The notes under the pieces were generated by a model. The model made no database searches, had not been told where the DNA came from, and worked only from the letters and a program-made list of their open reading frames with translations. Below, one piece after another: positions 40,497-50,319 of a stretch of 64,000 nt of DNA. Source of the DNA: Cerasibacillus sp. (lineage in GTDB: Bacteria; Bacillota; Bacilli; Bacillales; Amphibacillaceae); assembly GCF_036516575.1 (NCBI RefSeq), contig NZ_DATBTY010000018.1:3882-67881 (forward strand), read 5' to 3'. The stretch's first letter is position 1, and the number at the start of each line of letters is the position of its first letter. A program made the translations under genes and the position numbers.

Positions 40497-41786
40497 TTAT
40501 TTTTCGAAATAACCTTCATCCAATTCTTCCTTGTAGCGATCCTTAATTGGTAAAACAGCAATAAGCGATATGAGTGCTGTAAAAATGATATAAATCGCCA
40601 CAGGAACATATGAGTTATTAAATTTCATCAACAAAGCGGTAGCTACAAGTGGGGCTGTTCCCCCCGCAACAGCAGCACCAATCTGATACCCTAACGATAC
40701 TCCCGTATACCGAACTTCTGGGCTAAATATCTCTGAGAACATCGTTCCTAATACAGCTGTAATCGGTGCCCAAATAATACCAAGCCCGATCACTGTCGCA
40801 ACGATTAATAATAAATCGGAACCTTGATGGATAAGCCAGAAGTAAGGAAATGCATACACAATCATTAAAATGGACCCACCAACATAAAGTTTTTTACGAC
40901 CAATTTTATCGGACAAGCTTCCCATGATAGGCATTAAAATTGTCGTTACAATCGTCCCTATTGTCACCGCATTTAATGTTGTTGTTCGACTAAAATCAAG
41001 CTGATCCGTTGCATAGGAAACAATAAACGTTCCAAAGATATAAAACGGTGCTGTTTCCACAACTTTAGCTCCTGTCGCAATTAACACTTCTTTCCAGTGA
41101 TATTTAAACGTATCAACAATCGGCAATTTAGCAATTTCACCTTGTTGTTGCGCTTTTTGAAAAGAAGGCGTTTCTTCGATTCCTTTACGAATCCATAAAC
41201 CAAACAAAACAAGGAGTGCACTTAATAGAAATGGAACACGCCAACCCCATGTCAGAAATGCCTGTTCTGGCAATAAAGTCATAATAGATAAGGCAATTGT
41301 ACCCATTAACATCCCAATTGTGACACCCATTTGTGGCACACTACCGAATAGGCCTCGTTTATCTTTTGGTGCATATTCTACAGCTAAGAGTAGAGCACCG
41401 CCCCATTCTCCACCAAGTCCTAATCCTTGCATTAAACGTAAAATAATTAATAGAACAGGTGCCCATATACCAACCATATCATATGTTGGCAAGATCCCCA
41501 TTAAAAATGTTGCCACACCCATCAAACTCAATGTAATAACTAATGTTTTCTTACGCCCAATCCGATCACCAATATGACTAAAAATAACCCCACCTAATGG
41601 ACGTATGAAAAAAGCTAAGGCGAATGTAGCAAACGCATACAATGTTCCAAATGCAGGATCTTCTGTTACAAAGAATAATTGATTAAAAACAAGTGCCGCC
41701 ACTGTTCCATACAAGAAATAATCAAACCATTCAACAGCACTACCGACAACACTTGCAATAAGTACCCTTCTTAAATCCTTCGTCAT
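40497..41786 (-). CDS. MFS transporter, metabolite:H+ symporter (ShiA/ProP-like)
   Basis: EWFDYFLYG, DRIGRKK and QGLGLGGEWGGA motifs. Confidence 0.92.
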   Translation of the reverse strand: MTKDLRRVLIASVVGSAVEWFDYFLYGTVAALVFNQLFFVTEDPAFGTLYAFATFALAFFIRPLGGVIFSHIGDRIGRKKTLVITLSLMGVATFLMGILPTYDMVGIWAPVLLIILRLMQGLGLGGEWGGALLLAVEYAPKDKRGLFGSVPQMGVTIGMLMGTIALSIMTLLPEQAFLTWGWRVPFLLSALLVLFGLWIRKGIEETPSFQKAQQQGEIAKLPIVDTFKYHWKEVLIATGAKVVETAPFYIFGTFIVSYATDQLDFSRTTTLNAVTIGTIVTTILMPIMGSLSDKIGRKKLYVGGSILMIVYAFPYFWLIHQGSDLLLIVATVIGLGIIWAPITAVLGTMFSEIFSPEVRYTGVSLGYQIGAAVAGGTAPLVATALLMKFNNSYVPVAIYIIFTALISLIAVLPIKDRYKEELDEGYFEK

Positions 41787-42030
41787 TTATTTCTCCCCCT
41801 TTAGCTCATGAATCTTACCCGGCCCCTACTTGAAATGGATTCTTATCTTTATTTATGTCGTTAAATAAGGTATATTACTACATTAATTATTTTTTTAGAT
41901 ATGATTCTCCCCTCTATATTAAACGCTTACAATTATTCTCTTGGGAATTTTAAAATAATTTATGGTAATATAATAGCAGATTTTTAACTTGTGTCAATCT
42001 TATTTCAGCAAAAAATAAGATTAAAATATA

Positions 42031-42090
42031 TTGACATCGCTCTCTTATTCTATATAATATATGTTAACCAAATAAATTAATGGTTTACAT
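42031..42090 (+). promoter_or_regulatory. bioY promoter followed by a BirA operator
   Basis: TTGACA-N16-TATAAT (42031-42058); ATGTTAAC-N14-GTTTACAT (42061-42090) fits the BirA consensus. Confidence 0.8.
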
Positions 42091-42114
42091 TATCAATCAG
42101 AGGGAGGGAACATC

Positions 42115-42666
42115 ATGGATCATTCAAATTCTAAGTTACGAATGATGATTTTAACGGCACTTTTTACAGCAATTATTTGTGTTTTAGCTCAAGTTACAAT
42201 TCCACTACCACTTGTGCCAATTACTGGACAAACCTTAGCGATTGGACTTGTCGCAACCATTTTAGGTTCTACACATGGTGCTTTAGCATCGCTTTTATAT
42301 CTTATTATCGGAGCCGTTGGTATTCCAGTCTTTGCTAGTTTTTCAGGCGGTTTAGGTGTACTCGTCGGACCAACGGGTGGCTTTATCGTCGCATTTATTC
42401 CAACCGCATTTATTATTGGGTACTATCTTGAAAAAACAAGCTTTACAGTACTCAATGCCATCATTGCGAATATACTTGGTATGTTTATCACTTTATTTAT
42501 TGGGACTGCTTGGTTAAAATTTGCGGCAGACTTATCATGGAAGGCCGCTTTTCTAGGTGGATTTACACCTTTTATCGTTGTTGGAATCATTAAAGCAATC
42601 TTAGCAGCATGGTTCGGAATTGTTGTTAGAAACCGACTTCATACAGCTAACTTAATCGTTGCTTAA
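42115..42666 (+). CDS. bioY: Biotin transporter BioY (ECF S component)
   Basis: VPITGQT, GAVGIPVFA and GPTGGF motifs; BirA box upstream. Confidence 0.95.
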   Translation: MDHSNSKLRMMILTALFTAIICVLAQVTIPLPLVPITGQTLAIGLVATILGSTHGALASLLYLIIGAVGIPVFASFSGGLGVLVGPTGGFIVAFIPTAFIIGYYLEKTSFTVLNAIIANILGMFITLFIGTAWLKFAADLSWKAAFLGGFTPFIVVGIIKAILAAWFGIVVRNRLHTANLIVA

Positions 42667-42809
42667 TACGATTGTTCGATTGTTTAATCATCTCCTTTTA
42701 AAGAGAATCCTAATCCATTTTTGATTCTATACCAACATAGGTCCCCCATTTTTAACCCTATGTTGGTATTTTTATATCTTCGTGCCAAACGAAGAAACAC
42801 CGTTTTAAT

Positions 42810-43200
42810 TCATTATTTTGACCATTCAACATGCGCTCTCATGTAGAAAATTTTCACCGAGAGAGCACATTGAAACTCCACCGCCCTATCACACGTGAAA
42901 GCTGCCCTGAGATTAAAGCATTGAACGTTCAATGCAGCCTCTCGCAATCAAAAAACACAACGAGACAACGTGTTGAAGGCTCAATGCAGCCTCTCACGAT
43001 CAAAAATCACAACGAGACAAAGCATTGACGCTTCAATGCAGCCTCTCGCGAGCAAAAATTACAACGAGACAACGCGTTGAGAGCTCAATGCAGCCTCTCG
43101 CGAGCAAAAATCACAACGAGACAACGCGTTGAAGGCTCAATGCGGCCTCGCGATGAAAACTCGAAACAAGACATCACATTAAAACTCTAACACTACCTCT
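42810..43200 (-). repeat. 52-bp tandem array, family A, copy A2 (inverted relative to A1, about 8 units)
   Basis: TTGA-N4-TCAA cores at 42818, 42870, 42921, 42973, 43025, 43077, 43129, 43179; the reverse complement matches the A1 consensus. Confidence 0.93.
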
Positions 43201-43406
43201 AGCAGAAAAAATGCTAACACTAGATTACAACAATAGAAAAAAAGGGAAAACCGCAACCGGTAGAGCTCTCCACTAGATGCGGTATCAGAGAATTAACAAG
43301 AGCCGCAACGTGGGTAGAACTCACTAGACCATTTTCCCCTTCTGCGCCGGCTAAAGATAACAAAAAAACAGCCAGGACATATAACCCGACTGTTCTACTC
43401 TTATCA

Positions 43407-44327
43407 TTATTTATCTGTAATCATTTGATGGACTTTCTCAATCTCATCATCTGGAACGATTAAATAGTAGACGCCATTAATTTTCTGACCAGAACCTTGT
43501 AGCATGTACTGGTCCATTTGTTTATTTGTTTTACGATAATCATTAAATAAAACTTTCATATCATCAAAATCCATATTCGTAGCTACATTTGTTCCGAGTA
43601 TTTCCATTGTCCGGTTAATTTTTGGAATAGAACCGACTGAAGCACCTCGGTCAATGATGGCTCCAATTACCTGGCGTTGCCGCTTCGTACGACCGAAATC
43701 ACCTGATGGGTCTTGCTTACGCATGCGGACATAAGCCATTGTCATATCGCCATCCATCGCTAGCGGTCCTTTTGTAAAATGATATTTTCCATCTTTCCAT
43801 TCAATCTCATTCTGAACGGTAATATTTCCCAATTCATCAACTAATTCTTTTAGACCTTCCATATTCATACTGACATAATAATCAATGTCAATATCTAAAA
43901 GTTCCTCAACTGTCTCGATCGACATGTTAGCTCCACCGAATGCATAAGCATGATTAATTTTATCTTCTATGCCTTTACCAACAATGGTTGTCCGTGTATC
44001 TCGTGGAATACTGATTAATTGAGAGCGATTCTTTTCAGGATCAAGCGACAAGAGAATCAACGCATCTGAGCGCCCTTTATCTCCTTCTCTCGCATCAATC
44101 CCTAAGAGTAATATATTCAATGGTTTAAGTTCAGATAGCTTTTTCTTTGTTTGAGAAATATCAATAGATTCAACAGGTTCATGCATCTCTTTGTCGACTG
44201 TATTTTTAACTTTAAAATAAAAAGACAAAACATAAGAACCTATACTTAGAACAAGCACAATAAAAATCGTAAGTGGAATTATGATCCATGGATTCCGCTT
44301 TTTCTTCGGTTTATTTTTTGCCATCAT
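43407..44327 (-). CDS. LytR-CpsA-Psr (LCP) family glycopolymer transferase
   Basis: N-terminal TM; LLLGID, GRSDAL, SIPRDT, KINHAYAFGG and DFGRTKRQRQVI motifs. Confidence 0.93.
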   Translation of the reverse strand: MMAKNKPKKKRNPWIIIPLTIFIVLVLSIGSYVLSFYFKVKNTVDKEMHEPVESIDISQTKKKLSELKPLNILLLGIDAREGDKGRSDALILLSLDPEKNRSQLISIPRDTRTTIVGKGIEDKINHAYAFGGANMSIETVEELLDIDIDYYVSMNMEGLKELVDELGNITVQNEIEWKDGKYHFTKGPLAMDGDMTMAYVRMRKQDPSGDFGRTKRQRQVIGAIIDRGASVGSIPKINRTMEILGTNVATNMDFDDMKVLFNDYRKTNKQMDQYMLQGSGQKINGVYYLIVPDDEIEKVHQMITDK

Positions 44328-44411
44328 TGACACCTCATATTTCCCCATTATTTTCCGAAAACTGCATTCATCTATCTATGAAGTGTACCATATTTTACCG
44401 TTTTCATATAG

Positions 44412-45542
44412 TCATTTCGAGATATTTTTCAACAAACAAAACAGCTGTTTTGTTTGTTCATATAATAATTGCCGAGAATGACGCATCGCCTCATCAAGGG
44501 ACATCGGTTTTTGCATGATAGAAAAGCACCCCGTAAACATTTGCTGGAGCTGAGATAAGTCGCCTGTCAAACTTCCCGAAATTAATAACACCGGGACTTG
44601 GTAATGATTTGCCAGTTTAGCTACATAACCTGGCGCTTTTCCAAATAACGTTTGTTCATCGCTTTTACCTTCACCAGTTAAAACAAGGTCCGCTTGCTTA
44701 ATAGCCTTCTCAAGTTGTAAAACATCAGCCACAAATTCCGCACCTGGAACGATGTCTCCACCTAAAATAAGCAAGCTAAAACCTAATCCACCTGCTGCTC
44801 CTGCCCCTTCAACATTTCGGACATTGAGAGAGCGCCACTTTTGAATCAGTTCGCTAAAGCTTTTAAGTGCTCGATCATAATGCTTAACTTGCTGATTAGT
44901 GGCTCCTTTTTGTGGTCCAAATATATAACTTGCCCCATTTGAACCACATAATGGATTGATAACATCACTTACAATTTTTAGTTTTGTTTTAAAAACTCGC
45001 TTATCAAATGTATCAAAACTTAAACGACTCACATTTAATAAATCGTTACCAAACGGTCCAAGCAGTTTGCCATCTTGATCCCATGCCCGTAATCCGAGTG
45101 CCGTTAACATGCCTAATCCACCGTCATTTGTGGCACTTCCACCTAAAGCAATGATAATTTCTATACATCCACGTTCCAGTGCGTCTTTTATCACTTCACC
45201 AATTCCAAATGATGTTGTATTATCCGGGTTACGCTTCTCTTCAGGTACAAGTGTAAGGCCAGCGATATTGGCACTTTCTATATATGCTGTCTTTTGATCT
45301 TTACTAAGAGCATAATATGTACGAATTGGATTCCCTAATGGTCCTGTACATGTAATCGGGACTTTGATACTCTTAGTTGCTTCGATAAGAATATCTAAAG
45401 TCCCTTCCCCACCATCTGCCATCGGTTTTAATACTGTTTTAACATTGGGGAATACATCCAAAGCCGCTCGTTCCATCACCGCGGTAGCTGCTAATGCCGT
45501 CATACTTCCTTTAAAAGAGTCAGGCGCAATCACAATATTCAT
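44412..45542 (-). CDS. garK: Glycerate kinase
   Basis: IAPDSFKGS, MADGGEGT, GGSATNDGG, GAGAAGGLG and TGEGKSD motifs. Confidence 0.93.
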   Translation of the reverse strand: MNIVIAPDSFKGSMTALAATAVMERAALDVFPNVKTVLKPMADGGEGTLDILIEATKSIKVPITCTGPLGNPIRTYYALSKDQKTAYIESANIAGLTLVPEEKRNPDNTTSFGIGEVIKDALERGCIEIIIALGGSATNDGGLGMLTALGLRAWDQDGKLLGPFGNDLLNVSRLSFDTFDKRVFKTKLKIVSDVINPLCGSNGASYIFGPQKGATNQQVKHYDRALKSFSELIQKWRSLNVRNVEGAGAAGGLGFSLLILGGDIVPGAEFVADVLQLEKAIKQADLVLTGEGKSDEQTLFGKAPGYVAKLANHYQVPVLLISGSLTGDLSQLQQMFTGCFSIMQKPMSLDEAMRHSRQLLYEQTKQLFCLLKNISK

Positions 45543-45829
45543 CCGCTTCACCTCGTTTAATCCCTATTCACGTAAAGAATAGTTGCATGACAGCAATATA
45601 AACAGCACCTAGGAAAAAAGCGACACGGCCCCAACAAATTTGTGAGAAAAACCTTCTGAATGCCCCTTTATCTTGAGCCTTATCTGTTACCGTACATGTT
45701 TGGCATGTAAACAGTTGATGTTGTCGTTTCATTTACATCATCCCAACGTAAAATTGTTAATTGTATCGTATCATGTTTCTTCACTATAATGAACCGAACA
45801 ACACCAAACATGCTCTGACAATTGGTTCA

Positions 45830-47290
45830 TTAGGAATAAGGATACTGACGTCGAACATGTTGGATAGAAATCCATTTAAAAGTTGTAAAAGCATCTAGAC
45901 TTGAATCACCATTTAAACGTCCAACTCCAGAATGCTTCATCCCACCAAATGCTACATTTGGTTCATCATTAATTGTTCCATCATTAATATGAATCATTCC
46001 TGTATCTAAACGTTTAGCTAGTTCAGCACCGCGTTCTACATCTCTAGTATGAACCGCCCCACTTAGACCATAATTTGTATTGTTTGCAAAAGCAATGATT
46101 TCTTCATCATCTTTCGCTTTCATAATAGAAATAACCGGAGCAAATACTTCTTCTTGTGCAACGGTCATATCTGGTTTTACATCTGTTAAGACGACCGGTT
46201 CAACGATATTCCCATTAATTTCACCTTTAACGATGGGCTTAGCTCCTTCTGAAATACCTTTTTCGATCATTTTTTTCGTGTTTTCTACTTGACGTTTGTT
46301 AATTAATGGACCAATAATTGTCGCTTCATCTCTTGGATCGCCACAAGCTAGTCCTTTTACCTTCTCAACATACTTTTCTACAAAGGTATCATATATTTTT
46401 TCATGAACAATTAATCGGTTTGCTGACATACAAATTTGCCCCTGATGAGTAAATCTACTAAAAACTGCAGCGCTTACAGCTAATTCAAGGTCAGCATCAT
46501 CTAAAACGATTAATGCACTATTTCCACCTAATTCAAGATGAACGTCTTTTAAATTTTTTCCTGCTACGGCACCGATATGTTTTCCAACAACAGTCGATCC
46601 AGTAAAGGAGATAGATTGAGGTACAGGATGCTCAATAAAAGCGTCACCAATTTCCGAGATTTCTGTAGTGATGACATTAAGCAATCCTTTTGGTAAACCT
46701 GCTTCTTCAAAAATTTTGGCAATCAATGTACCACCTGTTATTGTTGAATCTTCATGTGGTTTTAGAACGACCCCATTCCCAGCTGCCAAAGCAGGCGCAA
46801 CTGATTTCATTGAAAGGAAAAACGGAAAGTTAAATGGACTAATGACCCCAACGACACCTACTGGTACACGATATACCCGATTTTCTTTATGGTCTATAGG
46901 TGAAGGTAATATTTTCCCCTCCATTCGAAATGGGAATGTCGCTGCTTCTTTTAAAATATTGATGACTAGACCTATTTCAAATTCGGCTTTTAAACGTGTG
47001 CCACCTAATTCTTCAATAATAATATCGACAATCTGTTCTTTCTGTTCTTCCACATATGAAACCGCATTTTCTATAACGGCGCGTTTCGTAACTGGATTTT
47101 CTTGTTCCCATTGTGTCTGCACTTTTTTAGCTGATTCATATGCTTCGTCTAAATCCGCTTTACTTGCTGCTGTATAAGTCGCAAAACATTCTTGGGTATA
47201 TGGGTTCATATTTTTCATTGTCATTTGACTGTTACCATCACGCCAAACACCGTTAATATATTGTGGCATTAATTTCTTAAACTGATTCAT
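45830..47290 (-). CDS. Aldehyde dehydrogenase (YfmT/benzaldehyde-vanillin dehydrogenase-like)
   Basis: SPFNFP, FTGST, LELGGNS, QGQICMS and EEVFAPV motifs. Confidence 0.92.
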   Translation of the reverse strand: MNQFKKLMPQYINGVWRDGNSQMTMKNMNPYTQECFATYTAASKADLDEAYESAKKVQTQWEQENPVTKRAVIENAVSYVEEQKEQIVDIIIEELGGTRLKAEFEIGLVINILKEAATFPFRMEGKILPSPIDHKENRVYRVPVGVVGVISPFNFPFFLSMKSVAPALAAGNGVVLKPHEDSTITGGTLIAKIFEEAGLPKGLLNVITTEISEIGDAFIEHPVPQSISFTGSTVVGKHIGAVAGKNLKDVHLELGGNSALIVLDDADLELAVSAAVFSRFTHQGQICMSANRLIVHEKIYDTFVEKYVEKVKGLACGDPRDEATIIGPLINKRQVENTKKMIEKGISEGAKPIVKGEINGNIVEPVVLTDVKPDMTVAQEEVFAPVISIMKAKDDEEIIAFANNTNYGLSGAVHTRDVERGAELAKRLDTGMIHINDGTINDEPNVAFGGMKHSGVGRLNGDSSLDAFTTFKWISIQHVRRQYPYS

Positions 47291-47307
47291 TTTTCATCAC
47301 CTTCTCA

Positions 47308-48165
47308 TTAATTTTCAAATGTAATATTTTCTTTCGCAAGAGTAGCAAGTGTATGTACATTGGCATTAATTTCCTGCATTGTAGCGGATAGTTCTTCAAT
47401 GGCTGCTGACTGTGAATCCGATTCGACATTTACTTCTTGAATATAACGATTCAACGTATCAATCACTTGACGAATATCACCTGTAATGGTTTGGATTTCA
47501 TTTACTTGGTCTTTCGAGTTATTCGCCATTTTACGAATTTCATCGGCTACAACAGAGAACCCTCGTCCACTTTCACCTGCCCGTGCCGATTCTATAGCCG
47601 CATTTAATCCAAGTAAGTTACTTTGATCAGCAATTTCTTTAACTACATTAGACACCTTTTCAATCATTTCAGCGCTATCTGATACATCGGTTGCTTTCTC
47701 TGAGACACGTGTAATATTTTCTGCTAACTCGGTGATTGACTGTGCCATATCTGTAATCGTATCTGTTACATCATCAACAACAGATGATAGATTTTGAGAT
47801 ATTTCCGATAGTTTTTGTGCGCGATCGATACTCGCACCAATTCCAACACCACCAATCACATTGCCTTGTTCATCACGTAACGGAATCGCTCGTGCTATTA
47901 AATGAATTCCGAACAATTCTGGTGGAACAGGTGAAACCATTGGTCTGTTTTCACGAATAGCATTTGTAATAATATCGCCTTCAACTAATGGATCACCAGG
48001 TTTAACATTTAACTGGAATTCCTTCGCAGGAAAATTAATAATTAACTTTTCCGTGTCATAAATGCCTATTGTCGTGTCATCATTCGAAAGCTGTTGGAAT
48101 AATGGCGCAACTTGAATGAATGCCTCGATTAATGGATGATACTCTTTTTGATCAGCTATCTGCAT
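47308..48165 (-). CDS. Soluble methyl-accepting chemotaxis protein (YfmS-like)
   Basis: No TM segment; N-terminal sensor plus IADQSNLLGLNAAIESARAGESGRGFSVVADEIRK. Confidence 0.92.
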   Translation of the reverse strand: MQIADQKEYHPLIEAFIQVAPLFQQLSNDDTTIGIYDTEKLIINFPAKEFQLNVKPGDPLVEGDIITNAIRENRPMVSPVPPELFGIHLIARAIPLRDEQGNVIGGVGIGASIDRAQKLSEISQNLSSVVDDVTDTITDMAQSITELAENITRVSEKATDVSDSAEMIEKVSNVVKEIADQSNLLGLNAAIESARAGESGRGFSVVADEIRKMANNSKDQVNEIQTITGDIRQVIDTLNRYIQEVNVESDSQSAAIEELSATMQEINANVHTLATLAKENITFEN

Positions 48166-48196
48166 GCAAATTCTCCTTTCAACTGTTATACAATTA

Positions 48197-48223
48197 TTAT
48201 CGGTACATCTTTACTTTTATTAA
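48197..48223 (-). promoter_or_regulatory. Possible SigD promoter for the chemoreceptor/ALDH operon
   Basis: Minus strand TTAA-N15-ACCGATAA versus consensus TAAA-N15-GCCGATAT. Confidence 0.4.
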
Positions 48224-48325
48224 ATAATGGTAAAAAATTCCTAAAAACAATCTATTGCATTTGATTTTTTAAAAAAGGAACAGTATAATTACAATTTGTG
48301 TTGATGTTTTTTTAAATGTATAAGC

Positions 48326-48412
48326 TGATAAAGGCAAACTATTTCGAAAGAATAGGACGCAAAGCCGAGGGTCTACCGTACATAAAGCTGTACCATGATC
48401 GCCTGGTTACCA
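48326..48412 (+). ncRNA. Cyclic di-GMP-I (GEMM) riboswitch
   Basis: GGCAAAC...GAAAG...GGACGCAAAGCC...GGGTCTA...GATCGCCTGGTTACC; terminator-like stem plus T-run at about 48445-48478. Confidence 0.9.
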
Positions 48413-48497
48413 AATAAAATATTTCATTTGATTTGGCATATTCAGGCTATCCATTTTTTAGATTGGTAGCTTTTTTTATTTTTTAAAATCGAGTGAG

Positions 48498-49124
48498 GTG
48501 AAATATATGAACCATATTGGGATTGTTTCAAATAACCTAAACAATATACAGCGAACAGCACGCATGCTACAGAAAAAAGTGAAAAACAGTTCTTTTTTTG
48601 TTCACCACCCTAGACAATTACAGCAAAATAATTTAAATAGATATGACTTACTTATTACAAGCAGTACATACATTGATGACGTTTTACAACAAACTGATCA
48701 TTCCACAAAAATTGCTGTCTGTATTTCAGAAGCAGCCGAAAATCAAGTTGAGCGTCTTTTACAAATCAATTTAGACGGTTATTTGACCCCAAATATGAAA
48801 AAACAGGAACTGATTCATGCTATCAATATGATGTTACAAGGGGGTGTTTATGTTCACCCTGTGTTTTCAACAACCTTATTACAGTCTTATCGTACATATG
48901 TTGAAATCAAAATTGAACGACCACTTCATCTATTAACTAAGAAAGAGTGGGTTGTGTTGGAACATATTGCAAATGGTTCAAATAATCAAGTCATTGCTAA
49001 GAAAATGGGCATATCAAGTAGTACAGTAAAGAATCACATTAGCTCTATCTTTAAGAAATTTGGAGTAAACAATCGAACAGATGCAGTATTAAAAGCGGTT
49101 AAAAACAACTGGATTATTATATAA
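48498..49124 (+). CDS. LuxR/NarL-type regulator with a degenerate receiver domain
   Basis: LTKKEWVVLEHIANGSNNQVIAKKMGISSSTVKNHISSIFKK HTH; N-terminus lacks the usual receiver aspartates. Confidence 0.88.
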   Translation: MKYMNHIGIVSNNLNNIQRTARMLQKKVKNSSFFVHHPRQLQQNNLNRYDLLITSSTYIDDVLQQTDHSTKIAVCISEAAENQVERLLQINLDGYLTPNMKKQELIHAINMMLQGGVYVHPVFSTTLLQSYRTYVEIKIERPLHLLTKKEWVVLEHIANGSNNQVIAKKMGISSSTVKNHISSIFKKFGVNNRTDAVLKAVKNNWIII

Positions 49125-49307
49125 TTTAAACGAAATATAACTGTCGTGTATTCTTTAACGAAATATCTGAATTAGGTTAATTCTCATTTATTTTATCCAT
49201 CAGCCAATAAAACTTGTGACTTCAATCATGAGAGGCTCAAAATGTCCATTGATAAGCAAAAAGAATGACATTAGTCACGTTATTGTGTATGATTTTACCT
49301 GAATCGC

Positions 49308-49329
49308 AAAATACCTATGCGGGTATTTC
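49308..49329. promoter_or_regulatory. Putative CsoR/CstR-family operator
   Basis: AAATACC-TATGCG-GGTATTT palindrome just upstream of the RBS. Confidence 0.5.
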
Positions 49330-49344
49330 AAAAGGGGAAATTAC

Positions 49345-50319
49345 ATGACAAGTCAACATCGATTAAGGTTTTTTCCTATTATGTTATTTGCTAGTGTAAT
49401 GGGATTAGCCGGTGTAAGTATAGCGATGACATACTTTGAACAAGCAAACGGGTTTCAGCCGATGATATCATGGCTGTTTTTCTTTATTGCATGTTTATTA
49501 TTTTTGATCAATGGTGGGATCTTCATTTATCGCTTTGTCCGTTATAAAGAAGATGTCATCAATGAATTTAATCATCCGGTAAAAATGAACTTTTTCGGGG
49601 CCATCTCAATAAGTCTACTTCTAATAAGTGTGCCTCTACTTAACTATCATAGTAATCTATCATTTATTATTTGGTTGATCGGTGTACTCTTTCAACTTAT
49701 TCTTACATTAAATGTGTTATCCAAACTCATTTGGAAGCATTACTTTCAGATTCAAGCATTTAATGCGACTTGGTTTATTCCGCTGGTTGGAAATATTGTT
49801 GTGCCACTTGCTGGTGTTGAACATGTAAGCATGTCTATTAATTGGATATTCTTTAGTATAGGTATATTATTCAGCATCATTTATATGACCGTTTTTATTT
49901 ATCGTGTCTACTTTCACCCGGCTTTTCCAGAACCGTTAAAACCGAGTTTTTTTATTCTATTAGCACCACCGGGCATCGGCTTTAGTTCCTATATGAGACT
50001 TGCTGGAGAAATAGACGGTTTTGCTTGGTTACTTTACGGAATAGCATTTTATTTAGGTTTGCTTTTCCTTATTCAGTTTAAACGTTTTTTTACGGGGAAG
50101 TTCTTTATTTCATGGTGGGCTTACCTCTTTCCAAGCGCAGCTGTAACAAATGCAACCTACATGTTATATAGAGAAACAAATGAACAATTATATCTCTACA
50201 TTTTCCAGATACAAAGCATTGGACTGATCTTTTTAAGCCTATTTTTAATTTGGAAAACGATAGAACTCATCCGCAAACGTAAGCTGTGTATTCCAGGACC
50301 TGAACGAAATTCAAACTAA
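49345..50319 (+). CDS. SLAC1/TDT (TehA-like) anion channel family protein
   Basis: FASVMGLAG, FNHPVKMNFFGAISI, WFIPLVGNIVVP and ISWWAYLFP motifs. Confidence 0.9.
   Translation: MTSQHRLRFFPIMLFASVMGLAGVSIAMTYFEQANGFQPMISWLFFFIACLLFLINGGIFIYRFVRYKEDVINEFNHPVKMNFFGAISISLLLISVPLLNYHSNLSFIIWLIGVLFQLILTLNVLSKLIWKHYFQIQAFNATWFIPLVGNIVVPLAGVEHVSMSINWIFFSIGILFSIIYMTVFIYRVYFHPAFPEPLKPSFFILLAPPGIGFSSYMRLAGEIDGFAWLLYGIAFYLGLLFLIQFKRFFTGKFFISWWAYLFPSAAVTNATYMLYRETNEQLYLYIFQIQSIGLIFLSLFLIWKTIELIRKRKLCIPGPERNSN

Noticed and set aside
41918-41931. cre (CcpA) sites upstream of the MFS gene and gltS (about 51783-51796)
   Set aside because: Each misses the first two consensus bases; plausible but not distinguishable from chance in AT-rich DNA.
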